From positions 90,559 through 154,558 of the forward strand of contig JBMNLM010000001.1 in assembly GCA_050952805.1 (NCBI GenBank): DNA of 64,000 nucleotides. Direction: 5' to 3'. Source of the stretch: Bacilli bacterium (lineage in GTDB: Bacteria > Bacillota_I > Bacilli_A > RFN20 > CAG-826). Below, in pieces: positions 10,188 through 18,913 of the stretch. Position 1 is the stretch's first letter, and each line of letters starts with the position of its first letter. The position numbers were made by a program, and so were the translations under genes. A model generated the notes under the pieces. It had not been told where the DNA came from. It saw nothing but the letters and a program-made list of their open reading frames with translations, and did not search any database.

Positions 10188-10762
10188 AGAAAATAAACGA
10201 TAATTCCACAAAATGCTCCTAAAAAGATTAGGGCAATTGGATGGAATGTTTTTTTGTATATTTTTTTGTAAGCAATAAAAACAATTGCCATATTAATAAA
10301 GAGTGTGAAATTGCGTAAATTAAACGGGGAATTAGCATTTTGAAATGGTCCAAAAAGTTGATATAAAAGAAAGACTCCTGAAGCAAAAATAAGCGCGACA
10401 ATAACAGGCTTTACTCCGCGTAACATCGCCTTTACAAAATTTGTTTCAAGAAACTTTTGAAAATATTTTGCAATTAATAAAATGATTATAAAACTAGGTA
10501 AGACGACGGCAATTGTTGCAACAATCGCCCCAGGTACTCCTGCAGTTGTAGCCCCAACAAATGTCGTTATATTAATTGCAAAAGGACCAGGCGTAATTTC
10601 ACTAATTCCAATAAAATCAAGAAGTTCATCTAGACTTATCCAGCCATGCTTTTGAACTTCACTAATAATTAGCGGAATCATCGCATAGCCGCCGCCAATT
10701 GTAAAAAGCCCTACTTTGAAAAAAGTATAAAAAAGAAGGAGAAGTAAACGAAAATAACTCAT
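10184..10762 (-). CDS. Short-chain chromate transporter (CHR family), subunit 2
   Basis: GLFTIGGGYAMIPLI and ITPGP motifs; hydrophobic. Confidence 0.88.
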   Translation of the reverse strand: MSYFRLLLLLFYTFFKVGLFTIGGGYAMIPLIISEVQKHGWISLDELLDFIGISEITPGPFAINITTFVGATTAGVPGAIVATIAVVLPSFIIILLIAKYFQKFLETNFVKAMLRGVKPVIVALIFASGVFLLYQLFGPFQNANSPFNLRNFTLFINMAIVFIAYKKIYKKTFHPIALIFLGAFCGIIVYFL

Positions 10763-11370
10763 TTTTTCCTCCTTTTAAGATAGGGTACTAATTGATATAA
10801 AACAAGCCCCATCGTAAAACCAAAAAGCAAGAAATACACGGAGCTAAAGCGAACATTAAAGATTGTTAATAGAAGTTGTGTTACAAAAATCACGATAAAA
10901 ACAATAATCGCATAAACATCAAACTTTACGAGTTTACTAAGCCGATAAGCCGCATCTAAAATTAATAAACTTACGGCAATTTTTATACCAATAAATGCCG
11001 CGTTTATTATTTTGTACTCTAATAAATCTTTAAAAAAGTAACTAATTAGTAAGATTATTAAAAATGAAGGTAGAACTAAACCAAGAGTTGCAAAGAAGGC
11101 GCCAAGGAAGCCGCCAACGCGATAACCCACATAAGTCGCACTATTAACGCTAATTGGTCCAGGCGTACTTTCGGCAATTACGAAGATATCACCCATCTCT
11201 TTTTCGTTTAGCCACTTATGTTTATTAACAATTTCTTCCTCAATAAGAGGAATCATGGCGTATCCACCACCAAAAGTAAAAAGACCAATTTTTAGAAATG
11301 TTAAAAAAAGATCAAGAATTGTCCGTCCTCTTTTACTTTTTTTCGGTGTTTTTTTACTATCTTCTTTCAC
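10759..11370 (-). CDS. Short-chain chromate transporter (CHR family), subunit 1
   Basis: GLFTFGGGYAMIPLI, ESTPGP; probable start GTG at 11370 because the track extension runs through AT-rich promoter DNA. Confidence 0.85.
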   Translation of the reverse strand: MKEDSKKTPKKSKRGRTILDLFLTFLKIGLFTFGGGYAMIPLIEEEIVNKHKWLNEKEMGDIFVIAESTPGPISVNSATYVGYRVGGFLGAFFATLGLVLPSFLIILLISYFFKDLLEYKIINAAFIGIKIAVSLLILDAAYRLSKLVKFDVYAIIVFIVIFVTQLLLTIFNVRFSSVYFLLFGFTMGLVLYQLVPYLKRRKK

Positions 11371-11583
11371 ATTGATAATTTTAACAAAAATTAATAATTT
11401 TAGGTTAAAACAATAAAAAAAGTAAAAATAAATTTTGCAAAAACCTTGCAAAATAACCTTATATTTTTTAAGTTTTTGATTCGAGAATTATTTCCCTTGT
11501 TATTTATTTTTATGTGTATTATAATCACGAAGGCGCACCCCTTGCGCACACGTATATATGTAAGGTAATACAAATTTATAAAA

Positions 11584-13284
11584 ATGAGCAGCAAAAAAAT
11601 TAAGAAAATCTTAATGTCAATTGCCCTAACAACATTAGGTTTAGGTGTTTTTATTTCTGTTAAAAATATGAAGGCTGCTAGTGTTAAAAGTGCCTCTGAA
11701 GAAAGAAGTACTTTTATTACTAACAAAATTCAAGCTGCTAATGATTCTGGCCAAGCTATTTATAATATTACAGGTAGAAATAGCGTTTCAACTGAAGGAG
11801 AAACTCCTGAAAACTCAACGGCGACATTTGAGAATTCAGAACGCGTATTTAATGGTGATGGAACTAGAATAGGTGGCGGTAATCATCAACTTTTAACGCT
11901 AAATAACTATGAAAGCGTAACAATTACTGGTATTACAGTAACTGCTAAAGATGCTCTACTCTTTAAAAGCCGCGGCAGATTACAATATTCTGTTGATGGT
12001 GGAGATTTCATTGATATTATTCCAAACGGCAGCTTTAGTGACTGGTACGGAAGCAGTTCAAGTTCATATGTTGATATATCACGTTCGATGAATATTGATG
12101 TCACAAACACGATTTCCTTTAGAATTGAAATTACGACGGGAAATTTTCACAACAGTGCTTATAAAGTTTCGTGGCAAAAGCAGATTCCGCCTCTTGAGGC
12201 TTTAGAAATAAACAGAAGTGAATTATCTTTATTTGAAGGTCAAGAGTTTGAATTAAGCGTAACACCAGTACCTTCAAACGCTGATGGAAATGTCACGTGG
12301 TTAAGTAGCGATGATAGTATCGCCTCTGTTAGTAGTAACGGCGTAGTAAAAGCACTTGCCCCTGGAAACGTAGATATTACCGCAACTTCAATTGAAAACG
12401 TGAATATTACGGCGACATGTAGTTTAATTGTTACAGAAGCATTAATATTCCAAAAAGTTCTAAATCGTGATTCTCTTCGTTTTGGAGCAACTTACACTGT
12501 CGGAAGTGCAAATACCGAAGGTATGGTATTTGATGAAAATTATATTAATCAAAATCAAACGATTCAACGCTATGATGCGCAATTTACTGACGATAATCGC
12601 GGAATATACATTGAAGATGTAACACTAAAATTTACGCTTGAACTAGGATCGATTGTCGAAACTTATAGCTTAAAAATCTTTAATGAGGATAAATATATAA
12701 ATATAGAAGGAGGTGGAATAAGTCTCGTTAGTGAGAAAAATAGTTCCGCCTCTTGGGAAATATCTTTTAACGATGGAAATGGAGATGGCGTAACGATTAA
12801 GTCACTAGTTGACGGAATTTATAAACAACTTAAATTTAGCGAAAGCCGGCAATTCTTTGGAGTTTTTGATGCAGATATTTCCATAATGGAACAAGCAATT
12901 GATCTTTATGTCGATGAAGGATCACTAACAAAAGAAAACGAAGTTAATAGCGTCACGCGCGATATTCTTTACGGTAACGGCAATAACGCTAGCGGCGAAT
13001 GCGCTTCGCGCTATGAAGTTATCGATTGGGCCGTTAACAATATGACAAGCGAAGCACAAAATGCGTTCTTTAATAGCACGGACCCCGACACTTTAAGCGC
13101 CCTTGAACACATTAACTACATTAATGAATGGTTAGATTTAAATCGCGAACCTTCGCTATTTAATAATTTAATTAACACTAGTGACCCAACAAATAACGCT
13201 TTATTTATTATTTCCTTACTAGGTCTAGGGACAATCGCCGGTTACTTTGTCGTTATAAAAAGACCTAGAAGAAAACGTAACTAA
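11584..13284 (+). CDS. Surface protein with Ig-like (Big_2) domain, signal peptide and C-terminal membrane anchor
   Basis: Basic plus hydrophobic N-terminus; LSVTPVPSNADGNVTWLSSDDSIASVSSNGVVKALAPGNVDITATS is Big_2-like; C-terminal TM helix followed by KRPRRKRN. Confidence 0.8.
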   Translation: MSSKKIKKILMSIALTTLGLGVFISVKNMKAASVKSASEERSTFITNKIQAANDSGQAIYNITGRNSVSTEGETPENSTATFENSERVFNGDGTRIGGGNHQLLTLNNYESVTITGITVTAKDALLFKSRGRLQYSVDGGDFIDIIPNGSFSDWYGSSSSSYVDISRSMNIDVTNTISFRIEITTGNFHNSAYKVSWQKQIPPLEALEINRSELSLFEGQEFELSVTPVPSNADGNVTWLSSDDSIASVSSNGVVKALAPGNVDITATSIENVNITATCSLIVTEALIFQKVLNRDSLRFGATYTVGSANTEGMVFDENYINQNQTIQRYDAQFTDDNRGIYIEDVTLKFTLELGSIVETYSLKIFNEDKYINIEGGGISLVSEKNSSASWEISFNDGNGDGVTIKSLVDGIYKQLKFSESRQFFGVFDADISIMEQAIDLYVDEGSLTKENEVNSVTRDILYGNGNNASGECASRYEVIDWAVNNMTSEAQNAFFNSTDPDTLSALEHINYINEWLDLNREPSLFNNLINTSDPTNNALFIISLLGLGTIAGYFVVIKRPRRKRN

Positions 13285-13295
13285 TTAAAAATATT

Positions 13296-13323
13296 AACAA
13301 GAAGGCAAAACCTTCTTGTTTTT
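13296..13323 (+). terminator. Intrinsic terminator after Ig-domain gene
   Basis: AACAAGAAGG-CAAAA-CCTTCTTGTT followed by T run. Confidence 0.8.
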
Positions 13324-13391
13324 AATAAATGACTATCTAGCAAATTAAGTAATAAGTTGCTATAATTACATTTGCTAAAAAGGAGTTAATT

Positions 13392-13880
13392 ATGGAAAAA
13401 ACAAAATTTGCCTTAACAGAACAAGGTTATCAATTATATAAAGAAGAACTAGAAAAACTAATTACGGAAGTTCGTCCGCAAGTTTTAGAAGACATCGAAA
13501 CGGCAAGAAGTTTTGGTGACTTAAGCGAAAACGCTGACTACGACGCCGCGCGTAACAAACAAAGTGAAGTAGAATCGCGAATTGCTCAGCTCGAACACAT
13601 CTTAAACAACTGTGTAATCGAAGAACTTGCGACGACCGCTGATATTGTCGCACTTGGAAACTATGTTGAACTTCTTAACGTTAACACAAACGAAAAAGCT
13701 TATTACCGAATCTTAGGTTCCGCGGAAGCTAAGCCGCTAGAAAACATAATTTCAAATAAATCGCCACTAGCGCTAGCAATTTTAGGCAAAAAAGTTGGCG
13801 ATGAAGTCTTAGTAAAAGCACCAAAACCTTACACTGTAGAAATTCTTCATATTTCCACAAAAGAAATTAAACGAAAATAA
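13392..13880 (+). CDS. greA: Transcription elongation factor GreA
   Basis: ARSFGDLSENADYDAAR and ISNKSPLALAILG. Confidence 0.95.
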   Translation: MEKTKFALTEQGYQLYKEELEKLITEVRPQVLEDIETARSFGDLSENADYDAARNKQSEVESRIAQLEHILNNCVIEELATTADIVALGNYVELLNVNTNEKAYYRILGSAEAKPLENIISNKSPLALAILGKKVGDEVLVKAPKPYTVEILHISTKEIKRK

Positions 13881-13899
13881 CGAACTTAAACAATTTAAG

Positions 13900-13929
13900 A
13901 AAAAAGCGTTCCTTGGGAACGTTTTTTTT
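13900..13929 (+). terminator. Intrinsic terminator after greA
   Basis: AAAAAAGCGTTCC-TTG-GGAACGTTTTTTTT. Confidence 0.85.
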
Positions 13930-13961
13930 ATTACGTGTCTATTTATTAGTAGGAGGTATTT

Positions 13962-14492
13962 ATGATTAAAACGATAATTGCAGTCGTCGTCGCTACTGTG
14001 TTTCTTATTATTACTTTGACGGCAATTGATCCTAAAAACAAACGTGTTGATGATACACCTACGTCTCTAGTTGAAAATGAATACAATAACGTTACGGTAA
14101 CGGGCGAAATTAATCGTCCTGGGACGTATGTACTAGAAGAAGGGGCAACGATGGATGTTTTACTAATGGAAGCAGGCGGCCCCACAAATAACGCCGATGC
14201 AAGGGCTTATATTGAGACTACGCCAATAATAGCAGGGATGAGCTACTACATCGCCCCAATTAAAGACGTCGAAGATATATGCGGTATTTTAGAGTACGAC
14301 AAAGTAAATATTAACTACGATACAAAAGAAAAACTCATGCAAGTTAACGGCATTGGCGACGCTGTAGCTTCTAGAATTATCACGTATCGCGAAAACACAT
14401 CACGCTTTACGTATTTAGAAGAAATTATGAAAGTTGATGGTATAAAACAAGCAACATTTGAAAAGATAAAAAATTACATTACCCTTCGATGA
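13962..14492 (+). CDS. comEA: ComEA-like DNA receptor (TM + SLBB + HhH)
   Basis: VTGEINRPGTY (SLBB), KVNINY...VNGIG...VDGIK (HhH); overlaps comEC start. Confidence 0.85.
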   Translation: MIKTIIAVVVATVFLIITLTAIDPKNKRVDDTPTSLVENEYNNVTVTGEINRPGTYVLEEGATMDVLLMEAGGPTNNADARAYIETTPIIAGMSYYIAPIKDVEDICGILEYDKVNINYDTKEKLMQVNGIGDAVASRIITYRENTSRFTYLEEIMKVDGIKQATFEKIKNYITLR

Positions 14493-16507
14493 ACAATATA
14501 TTTTATTTTGTTCTCTTTTCTCTGACTCTTGCGATTATTAAAATTCCGCTTCTTGTTATACCAATAATTTTTGTTCTTATTGTTCTATTTAAAAAAACAC
14601 CCCTAGAAGTAACAAGAAACGGAATTTTTATCATAATTATTGCGCTTTTTATTAGCATATGTGCATATTTTTTGAGTTTTAGTAAAAAGATATACGTAAA
14701 TATTGGTGTCGTTATCGATAAGCGAAATAATTACGTGATTGTTTGGACGCTTTCAAAAAAACTCTATGTACCTTTAAAAAATAATGAATTAAATATTGGT
14801 GATATTATTACTCTAAATGGCTTTTTTGCACCGCATCGATTTCAAACATACGAAGAAGGTTTTAACTTTAAAAGTTATTTATCATCAAAAGGCGTAGAAG
14901 CGACTTATATTCTTGAAAATGTTAAGTATATTATTAAAAACCCGCTAGGATTTCTCCAAGCTCAAAATGTAAATTTAACTCCCTATAGCGAAGATTCAGC
15001 AATTTTACTACGTGCTTTTTTTCTAAATGACAAAGATTATAAGTCAACTTTTTTTAAAACATTCGCTAGTTTAGAAGTAATTTATTTGCTTTCCTTTAGT
15101 GGAATTCACTTTAGTTCATTTATTCGTTTTAATAAGAAAATATTGAATTATTTTTTTTCGTCAAAAACCGTTAATATCATAACAATTTTTATAATCGCTT
15201 TATTTCTTTTGAAGTACCCGAGCCGTTTTACAATTTGGCGGCTGTTTTTAATTAATATTATTGTCCTTGTAAATTCAAAGAAGAAACGATTAACGTACTT
15301 AGAATGCGTTTTATTAAGTGGCTTTATCTTTCTAATTCTTAATCCTTATTTAATTTACCAAATGAGTTTTTATTTAAGTTATTCTCTAATTATTGTCTTA
15401 AATTTATCATACGATCTTTTAAATAGAAGAAAATCAGTAGGGCGATTTTTTCTTTCTAGTTTAATTGTTTATTTATTTCTTTTACCAATTCGGATTACTA
15501 ATAATAGTTATACGTTATCTTTATTTTCTTACGTATATATGATTGTATTTACGCCTCTTTTAAGCGTCTTTTTTATTCTTGGTTTCTTTTCGCTAACTTT
15601 TCTTCCGCTACCGAAAACGCTTAATTTTTTGACAAATATTATAAGAAAAATAAGTGATTTTTTAATGCTTTTTAATTATCGTATTCCAATTGGTAAGTTA
15701 CCGCCTGTTTTTATTCTGCTTTTCTATTTTTTATTTATTTTTCTTCTCTATAGTATCGAAGTTAAACATAAGCCGCTTAAACAAATTGTAAATTTAAGTT
15801 ATTTAGTGATGCTATTGTTGCAACTTTTACCTTTAAATAATCTAATAACAGAAGAAGTTTATTTTATTAATGTTGGTCAAGGTGATGCGACCTTAATTAG
15901 AAAAGGAAATACTTCAGTTTTAATCGATACTGGTGGCTTAAAATATTACGATTTAGCAAATGATACGTTAATTCCTTTTTTTAATCGCAAGAAAATTAAA
16001 AGTTTGGATGCAGTAATTATTACGCACGATGACTACGATCATAGCGGAAGCCTAAGTGAACTAGAAAATAATTTTAAAATAAAACAAATTATTCGTACGC
16101 ACGACTATTTTCCTCTTAAAATTAACTCCTTAGAAATTAATTCTCTTTCAAATCCCCATGATTTTAGTGATGAAAATGAAAAATCGCTCGTTTTATATAC
16201 GCGACTTTGTAATCTAAATTTCCTTTTTATGGGTGACGCAACAAAAAACAATGAGGAATATATTCTAAATAAATACCCAAATTTAAAAGTTGATGTCTTA
16301 AAACTAGGCCATCATGGCTCGAGCACATCTAGTAGCGAAAAATTTCTTCGCTACTATAAGCCGAAAGTTGCGATTATTTCTTGTGGCTATAAAAATAAGT
16401 ATAATCACCCTGCAATTGAAGTCATAAATCGCTTAAATAAGCTAAATATTAAAATAAGAAGAACAGATTTAGATCCGGCGATATACTATAAATCTCTTAT
16501 AATTTAG
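14489..16507 (+). CDS. comEC: ComEC/Rec2 DNA uptake channel with MBL domain
   Basis: SGIH, many TM segments, NVGQGDA, THDDYDHSG, MGDA, GHHGS, NKYNHP. Confidence 0.9.
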   Translation: MNNIFYFVLFSLTLAIIKIPLLVIPIIFVLIVLFKKTPLEVTRNGIFIIIIALFISICAYFLSFSKKIYVNIGVVIDKRNNYVIVWTLSKKLYVPLKNNELNIGDIITLNGFFAPHRFQTYEEGFNFKSYLSSKGVEATYILENVKYIIKNPLGFLQAQNVNLTPYSEDSAILLRAFFLNDKDYKSTFFKTFASLEVIYLLSFSGIHFSSFIRFNKKILNYFFSSKTVNIITIFIIALFLLKYPSRFTIWRLFLINIIVLVNSKKKRLTYLECVLLSGFIFLILNPYLIYQMSFYLSYSLIIVLNLSYDLLNRRKSVGRFFLSSLIVYLFLLPIRITNNSYTLSLFSYVYMIVFTPLLSVFFILGFFSLTFLPLPKTLNFLTNIIRKISDFLMLFNYRIPIGKLPPVFILLFYFLFIFLLYSIEVKHKPLKQIVNLSYLVMLLLQLLPLNNLITEEVYFINVGQGDATLIRKGNTSVLIDTGGLKYYDLANDTLIPFFNRKKIKSLDAVIITHDDYDHSGSLSELENNFKIKQIIRTHDYFPLKINSLEINSLSNPHDFSDENEKSLVLYTRLCNLNFLFMGDATKNNEEYILNKYPNLKVDVLKLGHHGSSTSSSEKFLRYYKPKVAIISCGYKNKYNHPAIEVINRLNKLNIKIRRTDLDPAIYYKSLII

Positions 16508-16521
16508 TTTATAATATCAAC

Positions 16522-17472
16522 ATGAATTATTTATTAGCAGGCGATGATATTTTAATTTTAAAAAAGCGCCTAAGTAAAATCGTAAGCGAAGAACTCCCGG
16601 AAGTTAATTCTTTTAATTATATTGAACTTGATGCTAGAAAAACTTCTTTAGGAGATATAGTTCAAACGGCAAGCTTACTCCCACTTGGTGGAAGTAAAAA
16701 AGTCGTTGTTGTCGATTTTGCTTCCTTTTTTACGCAAAGCGAACCTAGTGAAAAAGACGAAGATTATGCGCAGTTACTTAACTTTTTAGAAAGTGATAAT
16801 CCCGATAGCACGCTTGTTTTTATCGTAAGAAGTCAAAATATAAATGAAAAATTAAAAGCCTATAAAATTATAGAAGAAAAAGGAAAAGTCTTTTTATCAA
16901 AAGAAATTAGTGATAATGATTGGCGCACTTTCGTTAAACTTTATTTTAAAAAGTTTAATAGCAAAATTAGCGAAGATGCTGTTAGCGAACTAATTAAAAG
17001 AACGGGAAAAGAGAGTCTCCTTTTTACGAGCGAAGCTGATAAATTAATGCTTTATACGAATAATATTACGCTAGAAGATGTCTTAAATTTAGTAACTGAT
17101 CCAATGGAAGAAAAGCAATATATGCTTACAAATGCCCTTGTGAAAAATGATAAACCAGAGGCGATTAGAATATTTCGTGATTTTATGACTCAAAATGTCT
17201 CGCCGGTAACGCTAGTCGCGATGCTCGCGAATCAATTTCGTTTATATTCAAAAGTATTTCTTTTAGATGATAAAAATTACAGTCAAAACGAAATTGCTAA
17301 AACGCTAAAAGTTCACTGGTATCCAGTAAAACTTGCACTTGATATGCGAAGACAATTAACACTAGAAGAAGTTTTAGATACATTAGATCAGTTATACGAT
17401 ATTGATTTTAAAATAAAAAGCGGCCAAATTGATGGCGCTTTTGCATTAGAAATGTTTATTATAAATTATTAA
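16522..17472 (+). CDS. holA: DNA polymerase III subunit delta
   Basis: Size, conserved comEC-holA-rpsT order, HWYPVKLA and D.KIKSG C-terminus. Confidence 0.88.
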   Translation: MNYLLAGDDILILKKRLSKIVSEELPEVNSFNYIELDARKTSLGDIVQTASLLPLGGSKKVVVVDFASFFTQSEPSEKDEDYAQLLNFLESDNPDSTLVFIVRSQNINEKLKAYKIIEEKGKVFLSKEISDNDWRTFVKLYFKKFNSKISEDAVSELIKRTGKESLLFTSEADKLMLYTNNITLEDVLNLVTDPMEEKQYMLTNALVKNDKPEAIRIFRDFMTQNVSPVTLVAMLANQFRLYSKVFLLDDKNYSQNEIAKTLKVHWYPVKLALDMRRQLTLEEVLDTLDQLYDIDFKIKSGQIDGAFALEMFIINY

Positions 17473-17488
17473 AAAAGCGTTTAGAACG

Positions 17489-17752
17489 CTAGTTTAATTC
17501 GTTTAACGATAAAGTTAGATTACTTTTAAGTCGTGCTGCTTTATTCTTGTGAATAATATTTTTTGTAACGGCGCGATCGATAAGTGAAATTGCGACTAAG
17601 TAATTCTTTTCTGCTAATTCTTTATCTTTAGCTTCAATTGCTAAACGAGTCTTTTTAATTGCAGTACGAACACTTGACTTAAATTGCGCATTACGATTAC
17701 GAGCTTTTTCATTTGTTTTTACACGTTTGATTTGTGATTTAATGTTTGGCAT
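17489..17752 (-). CDS. rpsT: 30S ribosomal protein S20
   Basis: MPNIKSQIKR...IHKNKAARLKS. Confidence 0.97.
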   Translation of the reverse strand: MPNIKSQIKRVKTNEKARNRNAQFKSSVRTAIKKTRLAIEAKDKELAEKNYLVAISLIDRAVTKNIIHKNKAARLKSNLTLSLNELN

Positions 17753-17845
17753 ATACTAAACTCCTTCTACAATTTTTCGTCCTTTATAATTTTAGCAAAA
17801 CATAATATGTCTTGCAACAAAATAACATTTAAGAAAATTTAGTTT

Positions 17846-17867
17846 TTAGTACATTTTAAGTAATAGC
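17846..17867 (+). repeat. Two-unit 11-bp phased TTAGT repeat upstream of fmt
   Basis: TTAGTACATTT-TAAGTAATAGC; closely resembles the array at 23129. Confidence 0.45.
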
Positions 17868-17918
17868 CATATTTAGAAATAAGCGATTTTTTAGTATAAT
17901 ACTAACGAGGTTAAAAAT

Positions 17919-18860
17919 ATGGAACTTAGTAAGAAAATCCGCATCGCTTATTTAGGCACTCCGGAGATGAGTGCAAAGCTTCTTGAAGGCTTAATTGAAA
18001 ACGGTTTTAATATTGTCGCTGTTGTAGCACAAATTGATAAACCCGTTGGAAGAAAACGGATTTTAATGCCGGTTCCAACAAAAGCTGTAGCACAAAAACA
18101 TAATATTCCTGTCTATCAACCTAGGAAGATACGTGAAGATTATTCGTTTTTAGAAGAAGTTAAACCTGATTTAATTCTTTGCTTTGCTTATGGGCAAATA
18201 ATTCCTGATGAAGTCATTAATTATCCAAAATATGGCTGTCTTAATTTTCATGGTTCATTACTTCCAAAGTATCGCGGAGCTTCGCCAATCCAATATGCAC
18301 TTATGAATAACGATGAAGTAACTGGCGTTACTTTAATGGAAATGGTTAAAGAAATGGATGCAGGAAAGATGTATGCAAAAGAAGTAATTAAAATCGAAAA
18401 AGATGATAATTATTTAACATTAAGTGAGAAAATGATCTCCGCAAGTTTAAAGTTAGCACTTAATAATCTTGAAGCATATGTAAAAGGGGAACTAAAAGGT
18501 GAGGAACAAAATGAAGAAGAAGTAACTTTTGCTCCACCTATTAAACCTAAAGAAGAATATATAAGCGTGAAAGATGATATAAACATTATTGTTGGCAAAG
18601 TTCGTGCTTTTGCACCTCACGTTGGGGCTAAGATTTATCTAGATGATGATCTTATTAAAATCTTAAAAGCTGAGGTTTATTCGACTGATGTTGTTGCGCC
18701 ACTTGGTACAGTTATTAAGGCAGATAAAGAGGCGTTATTAGTGCAAGTAGAAGGAGGAATTTTGAATATTATTTCCCTTCAAAAAGCCGGGAAACTTCCA
18801 TTAACGCATTTTGAATTCTTAAATGGCTACCAAAACGTAAAAGAAAGCAAATTTAAGTAA
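17919..18860 (+). CDS. fmt: Methionyl-tRNA formyltransferase
   Basis: GTPE, DKPVGR, AYGQI, NFHGSLLPKYRGASPIQ, MDAG. Confidence 0.95.
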   Translation: MELSKKIRIAYLGTPEMSAKLLEGLIENGFNIVAVVAQIDKPVGRKRILMPVPTKAVAQKHNIPVYQPRKIREDYSFLEEVKPDLILCFAYGQIIPDEVINYPKYGCLNFHGSLLPKYRGASPIQYALMNNDEVTGVTLMEMVKEMDAGKMYAKEVIKIEKDDNYLTLSEKMISASLKLALNNLEAYVKGELKGEEQNEEEVTFAPPIKPKEEYISVKDDINIIVGKVRAFAPHVGAKIYLDDDLIKILKAEVYSTDVVAPLGTVIKADKEALLVQVEGGILNIISLQKAGKLPLTHFEFLNGYQNVKESKFK

Positions 18861-18913
18861 TAAGTTATTGCTTAGTATTAAATTAGTTTAGAATTAGTAG
18901 TAAATTAGTAAAT
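18861..18913 (+). repeat. Five-unit 11-bp phased TTAGT direct-repeat array
   Basis: TAAGTTATTGC TTAGTATTAAA TTAGTTTAGAA TTAGTAGTAAA TTAGTAAAT at 18861, 18872, 18883, 18894, 18905. Confidence 0.85.

Noticed and set aside
11400-11726. 108-aa minus ORF overlapping the Ig-gene start
   Set aside because: Antisense to a signal peptide and runs through AT-rich promoter DNA
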